Source: Dimorphilus gyrociliatus (Eukaryota > Animalia > Annelida). From it: a stretch of DNA of 64,000 bases. A program made the translations under genes and the position numbers. Shown here piece by piece: positions 49,148 to 60,454 of the stretch. The notes beneath the pieces are model-generated. The model saw only the letters and a program-made list of their open reading frames with translations. It was not told where the DNA came from and ran no database searches. The number at the start of each line of letters is the position of its first letter. Position 1 is the first letter of the stretch. The DNA lies in NCBI GenBank assembly GCA_904063045.1, contig CAJFCJ010000006.1, positions 3,364,408-3,428,407 on the forward strand, in the 5' to 3' direction.

Positions 49148-51939
49148 TTAATTAGATGCTTTGGCTTCTTCTCTACTTTTCTTCTTTTTTTTATAGCGTA
49201 GTAGTAATAAAAGACCAACAAAAAAAATACCGGATACTGACTGTAAACCACCAGCTAATAAGTTAGAGATTGTCACTATTTTACCAGTATTGTATGATAT
49301 ACATAAGTCATTGTCACGACAATCTAGATACTTCTGATTGCAATTTGAAATAATGATTTCTCTATAAGATGCCTGACCGGGAATGGAGCCCAGAATTGTT
49401 GCTGCAAATACTACACAAGAAAAGGATAAGGACTTTTGTTTCCTCTCTACAGTTCTATATTTAAAAAAAACAGATATTGGTCAAGGGTTTTTATATGAGA
49501 AATAATGAATAACCTTAGAATAAGGCTCAAAACCGGTATGTAACCAGATCCGCAAGCCATAGCCAAAATAAAGGCAACGAAAAGAAAGCCTCCGACATTC
49601 TTACACTCCTTAGAGCATTTATCAGCTTCCAAAATCTTGTCAGAAATGCTCGAGGAACAATTTGCATAATTCTAAGAAAGAGAAAAAATGAGTATAATAA
49701 AGATCTTTACTGTTTATATGTGCATTGGATATTCTATATTACAGTTAGGCACACTTACGCCATCATTCGTTATTTCTTTACATCCTGCATGACAAGCTGA
49801 AAAGTATGTTCCATTTGACGTACATATTCTTTCGAATTCAACTTCTTCGCAGTAACACGGAATACTTTTTTTGAATTACCATATTAATTAATAAATGAAT
49901 AGAATTTCAAGTTAAATTTCATTACCCTCTATCCGCGTAGAATTTAACTTCTGGAGAATTACATCTAAAAGCCAATAACACTATTGCTATACAGGTTATC
50001 GTCAAAGATATAGAGATTATATAAATTGTAAATCTTCTTGCAGTTTTAAGATATTTTGTAGTTAGAAATAATCCAAAGATTATTCCAAGTCCAGTTCCAA
50101 CACCAAAAACAAGACCTATTGAAATCATTTACACAATACTATATAGTTAAAATTAAAACTTTAATAAATAATCAAACCTGATAGCAGAAATGCTAGTCTA
50201 ATTTCCATCATAAAAACAGCAATTAAATAATGAGGTAAATTACTAAAATAGGCCAAATGAGTAAAGGCAGATATTATTGTTCCAACAATAATTAATATCC
50301 AATAAGGGTTTTTCAATAATTTTAATAAATAATCAAATATATCTGTTTTAATATTTAATTTGAGCTTAAACGTTTGAAATGTTTTAAAGAAAACTCTCTT
50401 TTTTTTGGTGTCTTACCCCTTAATTTATATTTTTTGAATCTCCTCCTTCGTTTCGTTTTCTTAGGTTCAGCTTTTTTTATTTTATCGTTCTTATCATCGG
50501 TTTCTTCTTTATTACTTTCATCTACTTCCTCGATTGTTATTGGAATTGTGTTGTCTGTTATGTTATTACTCTCTAACTCCTGACGTGAGGACTCAAGAGC
50601 AAATCCTTCATTTACATATCCGTTGTATTGCACTTTGCTTATTGACTCGGTTTGGTCAATTTGAGATTCAATATGAGTTTCATTAACTTTTTTTTTATTA
50701 TACAGACTAGTTTCTTCTGTTTTTGCAGGTTCTTCTTCATCTTTTTCAGATGCGTCCTCTTCTGCTAGTTCAACCTTAGTCCTATCTCTCTCAAGGGTTT
50801 CGAACGCATTTCTTTCAAAAATATTACCATTTTCAACATTTATAACAATAACAGTTGCTTCATCTTTATTGGAAGAGGATTGAATTGTTTCTGGTTGCGA
50901 ATTTTCAGTTTTAGTCTCAGACGTTGTCTCAACTTCCTTTTCCTCAACATTGGATTCTTCTTTGTCAGGTCTTTTCAAAGTTGTATTCTTCTTAGTACCT
51001 CTGGCATTTGCTTTAGACTTTGGCTTCCTTTTTGCGGTCGTTGTCTTTTGTGGTACACGCCTATACCCAGACCAAATCCATGCTCTCTTTATTATAAATC
51101 TAGGATAACAAAAAATAGGAATGGCAGTGAAAAATAAGAGCCCTGTAATAATAGCAAAACCAAGCCACCAAGCACCTATCCAATCAAGTCCACTTTTAAG
51201 ATTTTCATTTATCTCACCAAAACCAAAGCCCAGTAAAGCACCAATAGATTGACCAAAAAATTTCATACTTATTAATATTCCTGAAGCAAAAGTAGACATT
51301 ACAGGATTTTTATGATTTCATATTTGATATTCAACCTATAAACAGAATATATGTATATAGTATAATACCTATAAAATGTGTCGATTTAGTTAAATTATCA
51401 CAGTTGTCATCTATATACATTAAACCAAGAATTGTCCAAAGAGTTTGTCCGCATCCTATCAAAAATTGTCCAAGACTGAGTAATGATACGAAACGACTGC
51501 CTCGTTCAAACTTTTTTACAATATCACATTGCGAATAATATTTTCTAGTCCCAGTACAAATCGCAGCATCCCCGTGCAAAGCTGTCATATTTGATGGATC
51601 AAAGTTATCATATTGAACTTGTGGAACGAAACAAAGTAGCCCAACAATAGTAATGCAAACTCCTATTCCAATAACTTTTGGCCGGTGCAAATTATTACCA
51701 TAGTACCCTGCAAAAATCACACAACATGCCAGGCCAACGTCAGATAGACCATTCAAGAAAAATGAATAACGATCATCGAAGGCGAACCTCCTTTGCAGAT
51801 CAATAACCGCCCGTTTCGTATAAGACTCAATAAATCCAGTTGAGAAGAATAACAAACTCATCAAAATCAGGAAGCTTTGTATATTCGTCCATTTACTAGT
51901 TGAGCTTTTTTTAGAGGGCTGCACTTTACTTGGTTCCAT
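49148..51939 (-). CDS. SLCO: Organic anion transporting polypeptide (OATP/SLCO), about 8 exons
   Basis: LQRRF, HRPKVIGIG, GLMYIDDN, DWIGAWWLGF, Kazal-like Cys loop (PCYCEE...TYFSACHAGC), LGSIPGQASY, and CREDND. Confidence 0.9.
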
Positions 51940-51987
51940 TTTCCTTCGAAACGGTTGAACGATTTACCAAGAGGGCCTCCCTTATTA

Positions 51988-52001
51988 CGCCATCTAGCGG
52001 C
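51988..52001 (-). promoter_or_regulatory. CTCF-like motif (GCCGCTAGATGGCG)
   Basis: Near-consensus CTCF core 49 bp upstream of the SLCO ATG. Confidence 0.45.
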
Positions 52002-52363
52002 ATAGACAATAAAATTTGCGTTAACGTCATTCCCAAAAAAAAAACTATTTTTGCATGTAAATATACTAAAGAATTTGAAATATTCATAAAAAAAATGTAT
52101 GCAAATACGAACAAAAACGTCATTAAACAATTCATAAGGAAAATGTTATTATTATTTAAAAACTCATTATCAAGGTGGAAAATATTGTTAATGTTTGTAA
52201 TGAGGTGGCAAGAATCGGATAGGCCTACAAATCTATTCGTGCTTCCTAGAATAAAGGAACTCGTTCTATTTTCAATATAGAAGTAAACGTTAGCGGCCTA
52301 AAAGTATTGGATCTTCTTCGATTATTTTAATGAAAGTTGTCAGCTGCAAAAGGAGAGCATTAA

Positions 52364-52375
52364 CGCGCAGGCGCG
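52364..52375. promoter_or_regulatory. NRF1-like near-palindrome CGCGCAGGCGCG
   Basis: Resembles YGCGCAYGCGCR; an isolated GC island upstream of SLCO. Confidence 0.3.
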
Positions 52376-53175
52376 TAAATATCTTCTTTTGTTCTTGATA
52401 TTGTTTAAAAATAATGTATCTTTTCTTTTCATCTAACGAATATTCACATTATCTTATCTCTTTCAATTTATAACAAATATTTAAATTATATACCTCATTG
52501 TATGCATGTTAACTTTACCTTGACCACTGATTCGAAATAATAACAAATGTTATCGATTAATAGACAATTCTTACGTGGAATTTAGAGGATTTGTGTATTG
52601 ACATATTTTCAATAAAAATCTATAAGTTCTAGTTGATTAGATATTATAAGTTTATCGGTAGACTTATACGTTAGTACGCTCCTACTTTTGGGTCTGCGAT
52701 AAGAGGGAGGAAATACCATCGTTTAATCTTTTAGAGGTGTACATTTTCATTACGAGTGAAAGGAAAATGAAACGATTTAAAGGGGCGTACGAAGAACTTT
52801 GTTATAAAGGAACCTTTGAACATTGATAAATATAGACTAGACTGATAGTCTTAAAAAAACGAGTATTATTAGAAACGTTATAAAATACTAAATTACGTAA
52901 ATGTGGAAGGAAAAGGTTAAATGTTCTATATTTATTCTATTTTCGTTGTTTAATTGCTCCTAATATAATATGTAAGAAAGACACATCTATGTTAATTTTT
53001 GACACTATTTTCAATTTTTATTTCCATATTCTCATCTGGTTGAACAATTCAAAAAAACGTGCACTATAACGCTAAAGGCGTAAAGAATAATAATAAGTTA
53101 AAATAGTTCTTCTAATCGCCTTCTTTTTAAATTCGGCTGTTAAAAAACTGTAGACACTTGATTGATAAATTAAAT

Positions 53176-54935
53176 CTAATTTTGTTGAGATAGAGTCTCT
53201 TTAATTGCTTCAAGAAAATCCAAAGTGTACAAGTACTGATCCGGTTTAACGCTGTAATAATAGAGAAAGATTATTAGTTTATTTACTTGCTAAACAATGA
53301 AATATTTTCTTTTACTTACTTTTTAATTCCATAAATGCACCCAGCAAGATCCTTCGTCATTTTTCCACTGTCGATTGTATCGACACATGCTTTTTCTAAT
53401 GCCTGACAGAATCTGGCTAATTCGGGATTACTATCCAAATTTGCTCTGTGCTCCAAGCCTCTTGTCCAAGCAAAAATAGAGGCAACAGGATTAGTACTAG
53501 TCGGATTACCTTTTTGGTGTTCTCTATAATGTCTGGTTACAGTTCCATGAGCAGCTTCGCTCTCAATGGTCTTACCATCCGGGCACATGAGAACAGAGGT
53601 CATCAGACCAAGACTTCCATATCCTTGGGCAACGATATCACTTTGGACATCGCCATCGTAGTTTTTGCAAGCCCAAACGAATTCACCTTGAGATTTCAAA
53701 GCTTGAGCTACCATATCATCAATCAATCGATGTTCATACCAGATTCCTGCGGAATTGAAATCGTTTTCGTATTGTTTTTCAAAGATTTCTTGAAATATGT
53801 CTTTGAAACGGCCATCGTAGCGTTTAAGTATAGTGTTTTTAGTTGAAAGGTAGAGGGGCCATTTTTTCTTCAATGCATACTGAAAACAGGAGTTGGCGAA
53901 TCCTCTAATAGATTCGTCAGTGTTGTACATTCCCATACCAACACCACCTCCATCTCTGAAGTTGAATACTTCGTATCTCTCCTCTTTGCCTCCAGATGAC
54001 GGAGTAAAGACAAGTTCAAACTTTCCAGGTTGTGTAATAACTAAGTCTGTTGCCTTATATTGATCTCCAAATGCGTGACGCCCAATTGTAATTGCCGAAG
54101 TCCATCCAGGCACAAGTCGAGGTATAGATTTGCAAATAATGGGCTCTCTGAAAACGGTTCCACCAAGAATATTTCGGATGGTACCATTTGGAGAGAGCCA
54201 CATTTTCTTCAATTTAAACTCTTCCACTCTTTGCTCATCCGGGGTAATTGTAGCGCACTTTATACCAACGTTATACTTTTGTATAGCATGAGCAGCATCA
54301 ATAGTGACCTTGAAAATTCAAAAGTTAACAATAAAAGAACTTTGCTCGTACAAAAATAATTCAAAAAAATATTTTTAAATAGCAGTCCCCGCCCTTTTTC
54401 CCTAATGGATTCTATATTTATATATTCACCTGATCATTAGTTTGATCTCTGTATGGTAGACCTAAATCATAATATTTAACGTCTACGTCAAGGTAAGGGA
54501 AAATTAATTGCTCTTTTATTTTCTCCCATATTATTCTTGTCATTTCATCTCCATCTAAATCGACAACGGGATTTTTGACCTTGATTCGTCTCTCCGTTGA
54601 AACTAGAAAACGACCATATATATAAAAAACATATCAATTAAGCAAATAAAAAGTTATATTTCAAAGATTTACTGAATCGATAGCATTCATTTGCACTTGA
54701 ATTTTACAGTTACATTATTTTTTTATCGTAATAAAATTATCTATGTATGTAAATAAACATTTGGTATGTGGCATACGGGGCCGCTCTCCGGTAAGAAAAG
54801 GGAAAAGAATTTGGAGTATTTCTACTTACATTGACTCTTTTGCAAACTATTGCAGCCGATTGAGGCATAAACATGAGCATTCTTAGGTGCCGATCTAGCT
54901 AAACGAGCTGCAAATTTTCCAATTGAAGACGCCAT
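53176..54935 (-). CDS. IDH2: NADP-dependent isocitrate dehydrogenase, mitochondrial; 4 exons
   Basis: Presequence [60 protein letters not shown], and AEAAHG-type motif [13 protein letters not shown]. Confidence 0.97.
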
Positions 54936-55236
54936 CCGCCTAGTTCGAAATGCTGTAGAAAGCTTCAAGCGCAAATGGTTGAGATATTTGGCTCATGAAA
55001 TATCTGGGTGTCGGCATTTAAAAAGAAATTTTTCCTCTTAACTAGGATTTTAAATTCGAGAAATAGGCGAAAATTTTTTTTATAGCATGTATTTTAACAT
55101 TTATTTCATTATATTTTAATTATTTATGTGAAAAACTTGAAACATTTATTTTCTATAAGTCGTCCACCCCTATTTTTGTTTGGAAAATACCTTTAATAGA
55201 ATGTTCCGTTGCGAAATTTCTTGGTAACAACAAGAA

Positions 55237-55368
55237 CCAATCACCGAATTTGTTTTTGTCATTATACATGCAAAGCAGATTGGTAGGAGAGACGTGATTG
55301 GATAGAAAACTAGGAACTCCTTCGCGCAAATGGTGGCGAATGGACGTCTTTCAACGATTGCCGGAAGT
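55237..55368. promoter_or_regulatory. Candidate bidirectional promoter core between IDH2 and NNT
   Basis: CCAAT at 55237, ATTGG at 55279 and 55297, and CCGGAAGT (ETS/GABP) at 55361. Confidence 0.5.
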
Positions 55369-55472
55369 TTATTGAGTTGTAAGTTTGAAGTTGATCATAT
55401 AATAGCACTGCAGAGGATGCAAATGACTTAGTTTGACAATTAAAAGTATGAGACGCATTCTGAATGTTCTGA

Positions 55473-55544
55473 ACAGAATTCTAACATATGAAAATTATCA
55501 ATGATATTGTCTACGTGAGATCATTTTCACTTAGACCAGTCTGT
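55473..55544 (+). ncRNA. Candidate bantam-family pre-miRNA hairpin in the predicted NNT 5'UTR intron (55379-55666)
   Basis: The 3' arm begins TGAGATCATTTT at 55516. It pairs imperfectly with the 5' arm TCTAA-cata-TGAAAATtATC, and a lower stem forms between ACAGA and TCTGT. Confidence 0.35.
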
Positions 55545-55689
55545 GTCTAAAGATACGTGTTGGTGTATTTGGCGCTGCTTAGTTCAAATTGCATAAATAA
55601 ATTTTATTGTGTTTTTCTCGAAACAGTAATCTTATGATATGAGTTAACTAGATCATTTTTTCGCAGGTTCTCGATAAGAAAAAATTAAA

Positions 55690-58600
55690 ATGTTTCGATT
55701 ACAAGTAAGCTAAAATTAGCTTAACCTTACAAAAATAACAAAAAACAAATATTATTTAGAGTGCAGCCAGACCATACTGCAAGCTAAGAAGAGGATTTCA
55801 TACAACCATAAGACTAAAATGTAAAGTTGAGAAGGGAACTAGTTTTTCAAACTTAACAATCGGGGTTCCAAAAGAAACGTTCCTCAAAGAACGTCGTGTA
55901 GCTCTTGTCCCTGCCACAGTTGCTACATTAACCAAAAAAGGTTTCAATGTTAGCGTTGAAGAGAATGCTGGTGCTGAAGCCAAATTTTCCAACGACGACT
56001 ACGCCTCAGCCGGTGCCAAAATTACTTCTGCAAAAGAGGCATTTCAAACAGACATAACTCTAAAAGTACGAGCCCCGTTAGCGAATGAGGTTTCGTTATT
56101 TCGCGACAATGGAATACTTTATTCATTTCTCTATCCAGCTCAAAATCAAGAGTTAATATCAGAGCTAGCAAAAAAAAACTTAACAGTATTTGGAATGGAT
56201 TGCGTTCCAAGAATTTCCAGGGCCCAAGTTTTCGATGCATTATCATCCATGGCCAATATTGCAGGGTTAATAATAGCCTTCTTCAAAATAGTAAAATTCA
56301 TTACAATTACTTTTTTCAACTTTTAGTTACAAAGCAGTTATTGAAGCAGCTGGTGAATTTGGTCGATTTTTCACCGGTCAAATAACAGCAGCCGGTAAAG
56401 TTCCTCCAGCCAAAGTCTTAGTTATTGGAGGAGGTGTGGCAGGTTTAGCTGCTATTGGAACAGCAAAAAATATGGGCGCAGTAGTAAGAGCTTTTGACAC
56501 TCGTGAAGCTGTTCGGGAACAGGTGCAGTCAATGGGAGCAGAGTTTTTAGAACTCAATTTCAAAGTAAGAAGTAATAATATAAAATTAATCTCTTTAAAT
56601 AAGTTTCCGTCTCATATAGGAATCAGGTGAGGGCACTGGAGGATACGCAAAGGAAATGTCAAAGGAGTTTATCGAAGCTGAAATGGCTTTGTTTGCTAAG
56701 CAGGCGAAAGAAGTTGATATAATTATTACAACCGCTCTTATTCCTGGTAAACCTGCACCGAAGTTAATTAAAAAGGTTTCTTATACAACATTCACCGAGA
56801 GATAAATATTTCAATTACTATCAATGATATTTTTTATTAAAAGGAAATGATTGAATCGATGAAACCTGGTTCTGTTGTCGTTGATTTAGCAGCAGAAGCC
56901 GGTGGCAACATAGAAACAACTAGACCTGGTGAAACATACACTTATAAGGATGTCGTTCATATTGGCTATACAGATATGCCCTCTCGATTACCATCAACTT
57001 CATCAACCCTATACAGTAATAATATCAGCAAATTATTACTTTCAATGACTGAGAACGACAGATATTTTATTGATATAAAAGATGACGTAGTAAGAGGATC
57101 AATCGTTTTAGATAAGGTAGATGTCTCTCGTCATATAATTTATTGTCTTAAGTCATAAAAGTTTTATTATAATTCAGGGTGAATTGACTTGGCCCCCACC
57201 AGCTATAAAGGATCCGTCACCTCCTCAAGCTGTCAAAGTTCACGTTGAAGCTGAAAAAGAGATTGCACCAATTAATTACTTTAAAAATACTATGAATAGT
57301 GCGCTAATGTACACCGGAGGCTTAAGCACGGCTCTTGGTAAACAATTTTTAATAACTGGGAGTTAAATAGTTTGCTATTAATTTCATGGTTGTAAACAGC
57401 ACTTGGATACGTAGCACCTAACGCAGCTTTTAGCTCTATGATGACAACTTTTGGTCTTTCCGGAATTGTGGGTTATCATACGGTTTGGGGAGTTACACCC
57501 GCTCTCCATTCACCTCTTATGAGTGTAACGAACGCGATTTCGGGAATAACCGCAGTGGGTGGTTTGTGGCTAATGGGCGGTGGTAAGAGATCAGTGACAT
57601 AGAACTAGATTTCCTCCAATGTGTTCAATTTTTTTTATCCAGGCCTCGTACCGTCAACGACCGCTCAGGCAATGGCTGCTAGTGCCGCCTTTATATCCTC
57701 AATAAATATAGGAGGTGGTTTCCTTGTGACCCAAAGGATGTTAGACATGTTCAAGAGACCTACAGATCCTCCAGAATACAACTACTTGTATGCCATCCCA
57801 GGAGCAGTATTTTTAGCCGGCTACGGTGGAACAGTCTACCTAACAGATTTGCCTGATGTTCACCAGATGGCTTACCTAGCTGCATCACTATGTTGTGTAG
57901 GAGCCTTGACAGGCTTAAGCTCCCAAAAAACAGCTCGTTTGGGTAATGCTTTAGGTATAATTGGGGTAACATCCGGTGTTGCCGCAACTTTAGGCATTCT
58001 GAAACCATCTCCTGAGTTATTAACTCAAATGGCCTTAACAATGGGAGTAGGAGGGGCAATTGGTGTAATAATTTCAAAGAGAATGGAAGTAACAGATCTG
58101 CCTCAAATGGTTGCTTTGTTTCATTCTTTGGTTGGGGCAGCAGCAGTTATTACATGCATGGCGAATTTTATGGTAGAATTTCCACATTTAGCTGACAATC
58201 CAGCCTTAAACATGTTGAAGACGGTTATGTTTTTGGGAACTTACATTGGAGGAGTAACATTCACTGGTTCTCTAATCGCTTTTGGAAAGCTTCAAGGATT
58301 GCTTAAATCCGATCCTCTACTCCTTCCCGGTAGACACGCCATGAATGCAGCCCTAATGGCTACTAATATTGGTGCCATGGGTTATTTCTTGGCAAACGAC
58401 ACATTCGGAAGTGGTATGGGCATGCTACTAGCAACTGCCGGTCTATCAAGCGTTATGGGTGTTACTCTCACATCAGCAATCGGCGGAGCTGATATGCCAG
58501 TTGTCATCACTGTCCTTAATTCCTATTCTGGATGGGCTTTGTGTGCCGAAGGTTTTATGTTGAACAATAGTTTGATGACAGTCGTTGGAGCTTTAATTGG

Positions 58601-59322
58601 CTCATCCGGTGCAATTCTATCCTATATCATGTGCAAGGCTATGAACCGTTCTCTTCCAAATGTTATTTTAGGTGGTTACGGAACAAGCTCCTATGCCGGT
58701 GGAAAAGCTATGGAAATAACTGGAACTCACTCGGAAATAAACATTGATCAGACTGTTGATCTTATTGATGAAGCTCAAAATATAATGATTGTTCCCGGTT
58801 ATGGTCTTTGTGTAGCTAAGGCTCAATATCCCATTGCTGAAATGGTTGATGCTCTTCGAAAGAGAGGAAAGACTGTTCGTTTTGGTATACATCCTGTCGC
58901 TGGTAGAATGCCAGGACAATTGAACGTGCTGTTGGCAGAGGCTGGTGTGCCTTATGATATAGTTCATGAAATGGAGGAAATTAATGACGACATGCCTGAA
59001 GTTGACTTGACACTTGTAATTGGAGCTAATGACACCGTTAATTCGGCTGCCGAGGAAGATCCCAATTCTATTATTGCTGGTATGCCAGTTATTCGAGTTT
59101 GGTTGAGTAAACAGGTTAGTTAATTGAAATTCTGTAAGGTGGAAATACTGAATTTTAACAAATTAACAACAGGTTGTCGTCATGAAACGTACACTTGGCG
59201 TTGGCTATGCAGCGGTTGATAATCCAATTTTCTTTAAAGAAAATACATCTATGTTACTTGGAGATGCGAAGAAAACTTGCGACGGTTTACTTCAACAGAT
59301 CCGAAGCAAATCTGATTCTTAG
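55690..59322 (+). CDS. NNT: Mitochondrial NAD(P) transhydrogenase (fused dI-dII-dIII), about 9 coding exons
   Basis: IGVPKE....[84 protein letters not shown], and [10 protein letters not shown]. Confidence 0.98.
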
Positions 59323-59488
59323 AAAGATTAATAGTTTTAGATGAACTTTATTCCCTTTTTAGGGTGTTTAGCGTTTGCAGAGCTAATTAAAATATGAACT
59401 GTTTTAAACAGCACTATATTTTGTTTGGAACATATTACAAATCGAATCCAAAATGTACACATCATATTTGTCGTAATTTTAGTAATTA

Positions 59489-59504
59489 ACACCAGATGGC
59501 GCTG
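59489..59504 (+). promoter_or_regulatory. CTCF-like motif (ACACCAGATGGCGCTG)
   Basis: Near-consensus CTCF core just 3' of NNT. Confidence 0.45.
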
Positions 59505-59800
59505 GTAGGAATCAAAGAGCGCATCTTGAAGATGCTTAAAACTGCACCTTCAGATTTTTTCTTTTTAATGTTTTCCAATTCGATTTACGATATTTTACAT
59601 TTAAAAAAATAGCATACAAAAAAAATGAAATTCTAGATATAACATTTATCTTTCTTTTGATCTCTGACAATACCCGTATAGCCCTCATAATTTTAGTATG
59701 AATTACATGGGTAATATGTATTGGGTTTAATAAAAAAAAAATTATAAAAATATGTTTAATCGGGAAGAAAGTTCAACCGATTCTAAAATCCGCACGCGTT

Positions 59801-59814
59801 GTAGCTATGGAAAC
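59801..59814. promoter_or_regulatory. RFX X-box GTAGCTATGGAAAC
   Basis: Fits the GTHNYYATRRNAAC consensus at every position; flanked by two ACGCGT palindromes. Confidence 0.45.
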
Positions 59815-60454
59815 GCGTCTCTTGCGTCAAGTTTTTTTTAGATGTAGTATAGCTTGTTGCAGTTTGTATAAAATGACACCAATTGGTATTAATCGGTAAA
59901 AAAGTAGTATTGTTTGTCCAACCGTAGTTGTTTAAAGTTGAATCATCTAAGGCCTAAAAATGAACAGATGCGTTTTGGATAAATGTTTTAATAAAATTAA
60001 CAAGCACGTGATCAGCTCTCGTCAAAACAGTTCCAAGTGAAACAATAAACACTGAATGAATTATTTAAAAGTAAATTCAACACATTATATAATCGTTAGG
60101 AAGTATTTCAGATTCTAAACGAATAGTTTTAATTCTTAAACAATGAAAATAGCATTAGATGACCTTATGAATATTAATAAGTAGGGGGGGAAACAAGCGT
60201 TTGATGCAGCGCGCCAGATTGTCGAACATCTTGCAACGTTACGGATTGTAGTCTATCTGTTGTAGAGGGTTTGGTCAGTAGCGGATATTTTAAATTACAC
60301 ATAATTTGTAAATATTTTTGGAATTTAATGAGTTTTCTTCAAAAACTTCTTGTATTATGGATCGTATGTGAATCAAAGTTGAATTAATAGTATAATATAT
60401 CTCATTATCGCTCAATAGAGAATATTTTAACAAATAAATTTAACTAGTGGAAAA

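Noticed and set aside
54664-54690. Possible micro-exon in IDH2 intron 1
   Set aside because: Its 23-nt length would shift frame; exon 1 joins exon 2 directly in phase 1.
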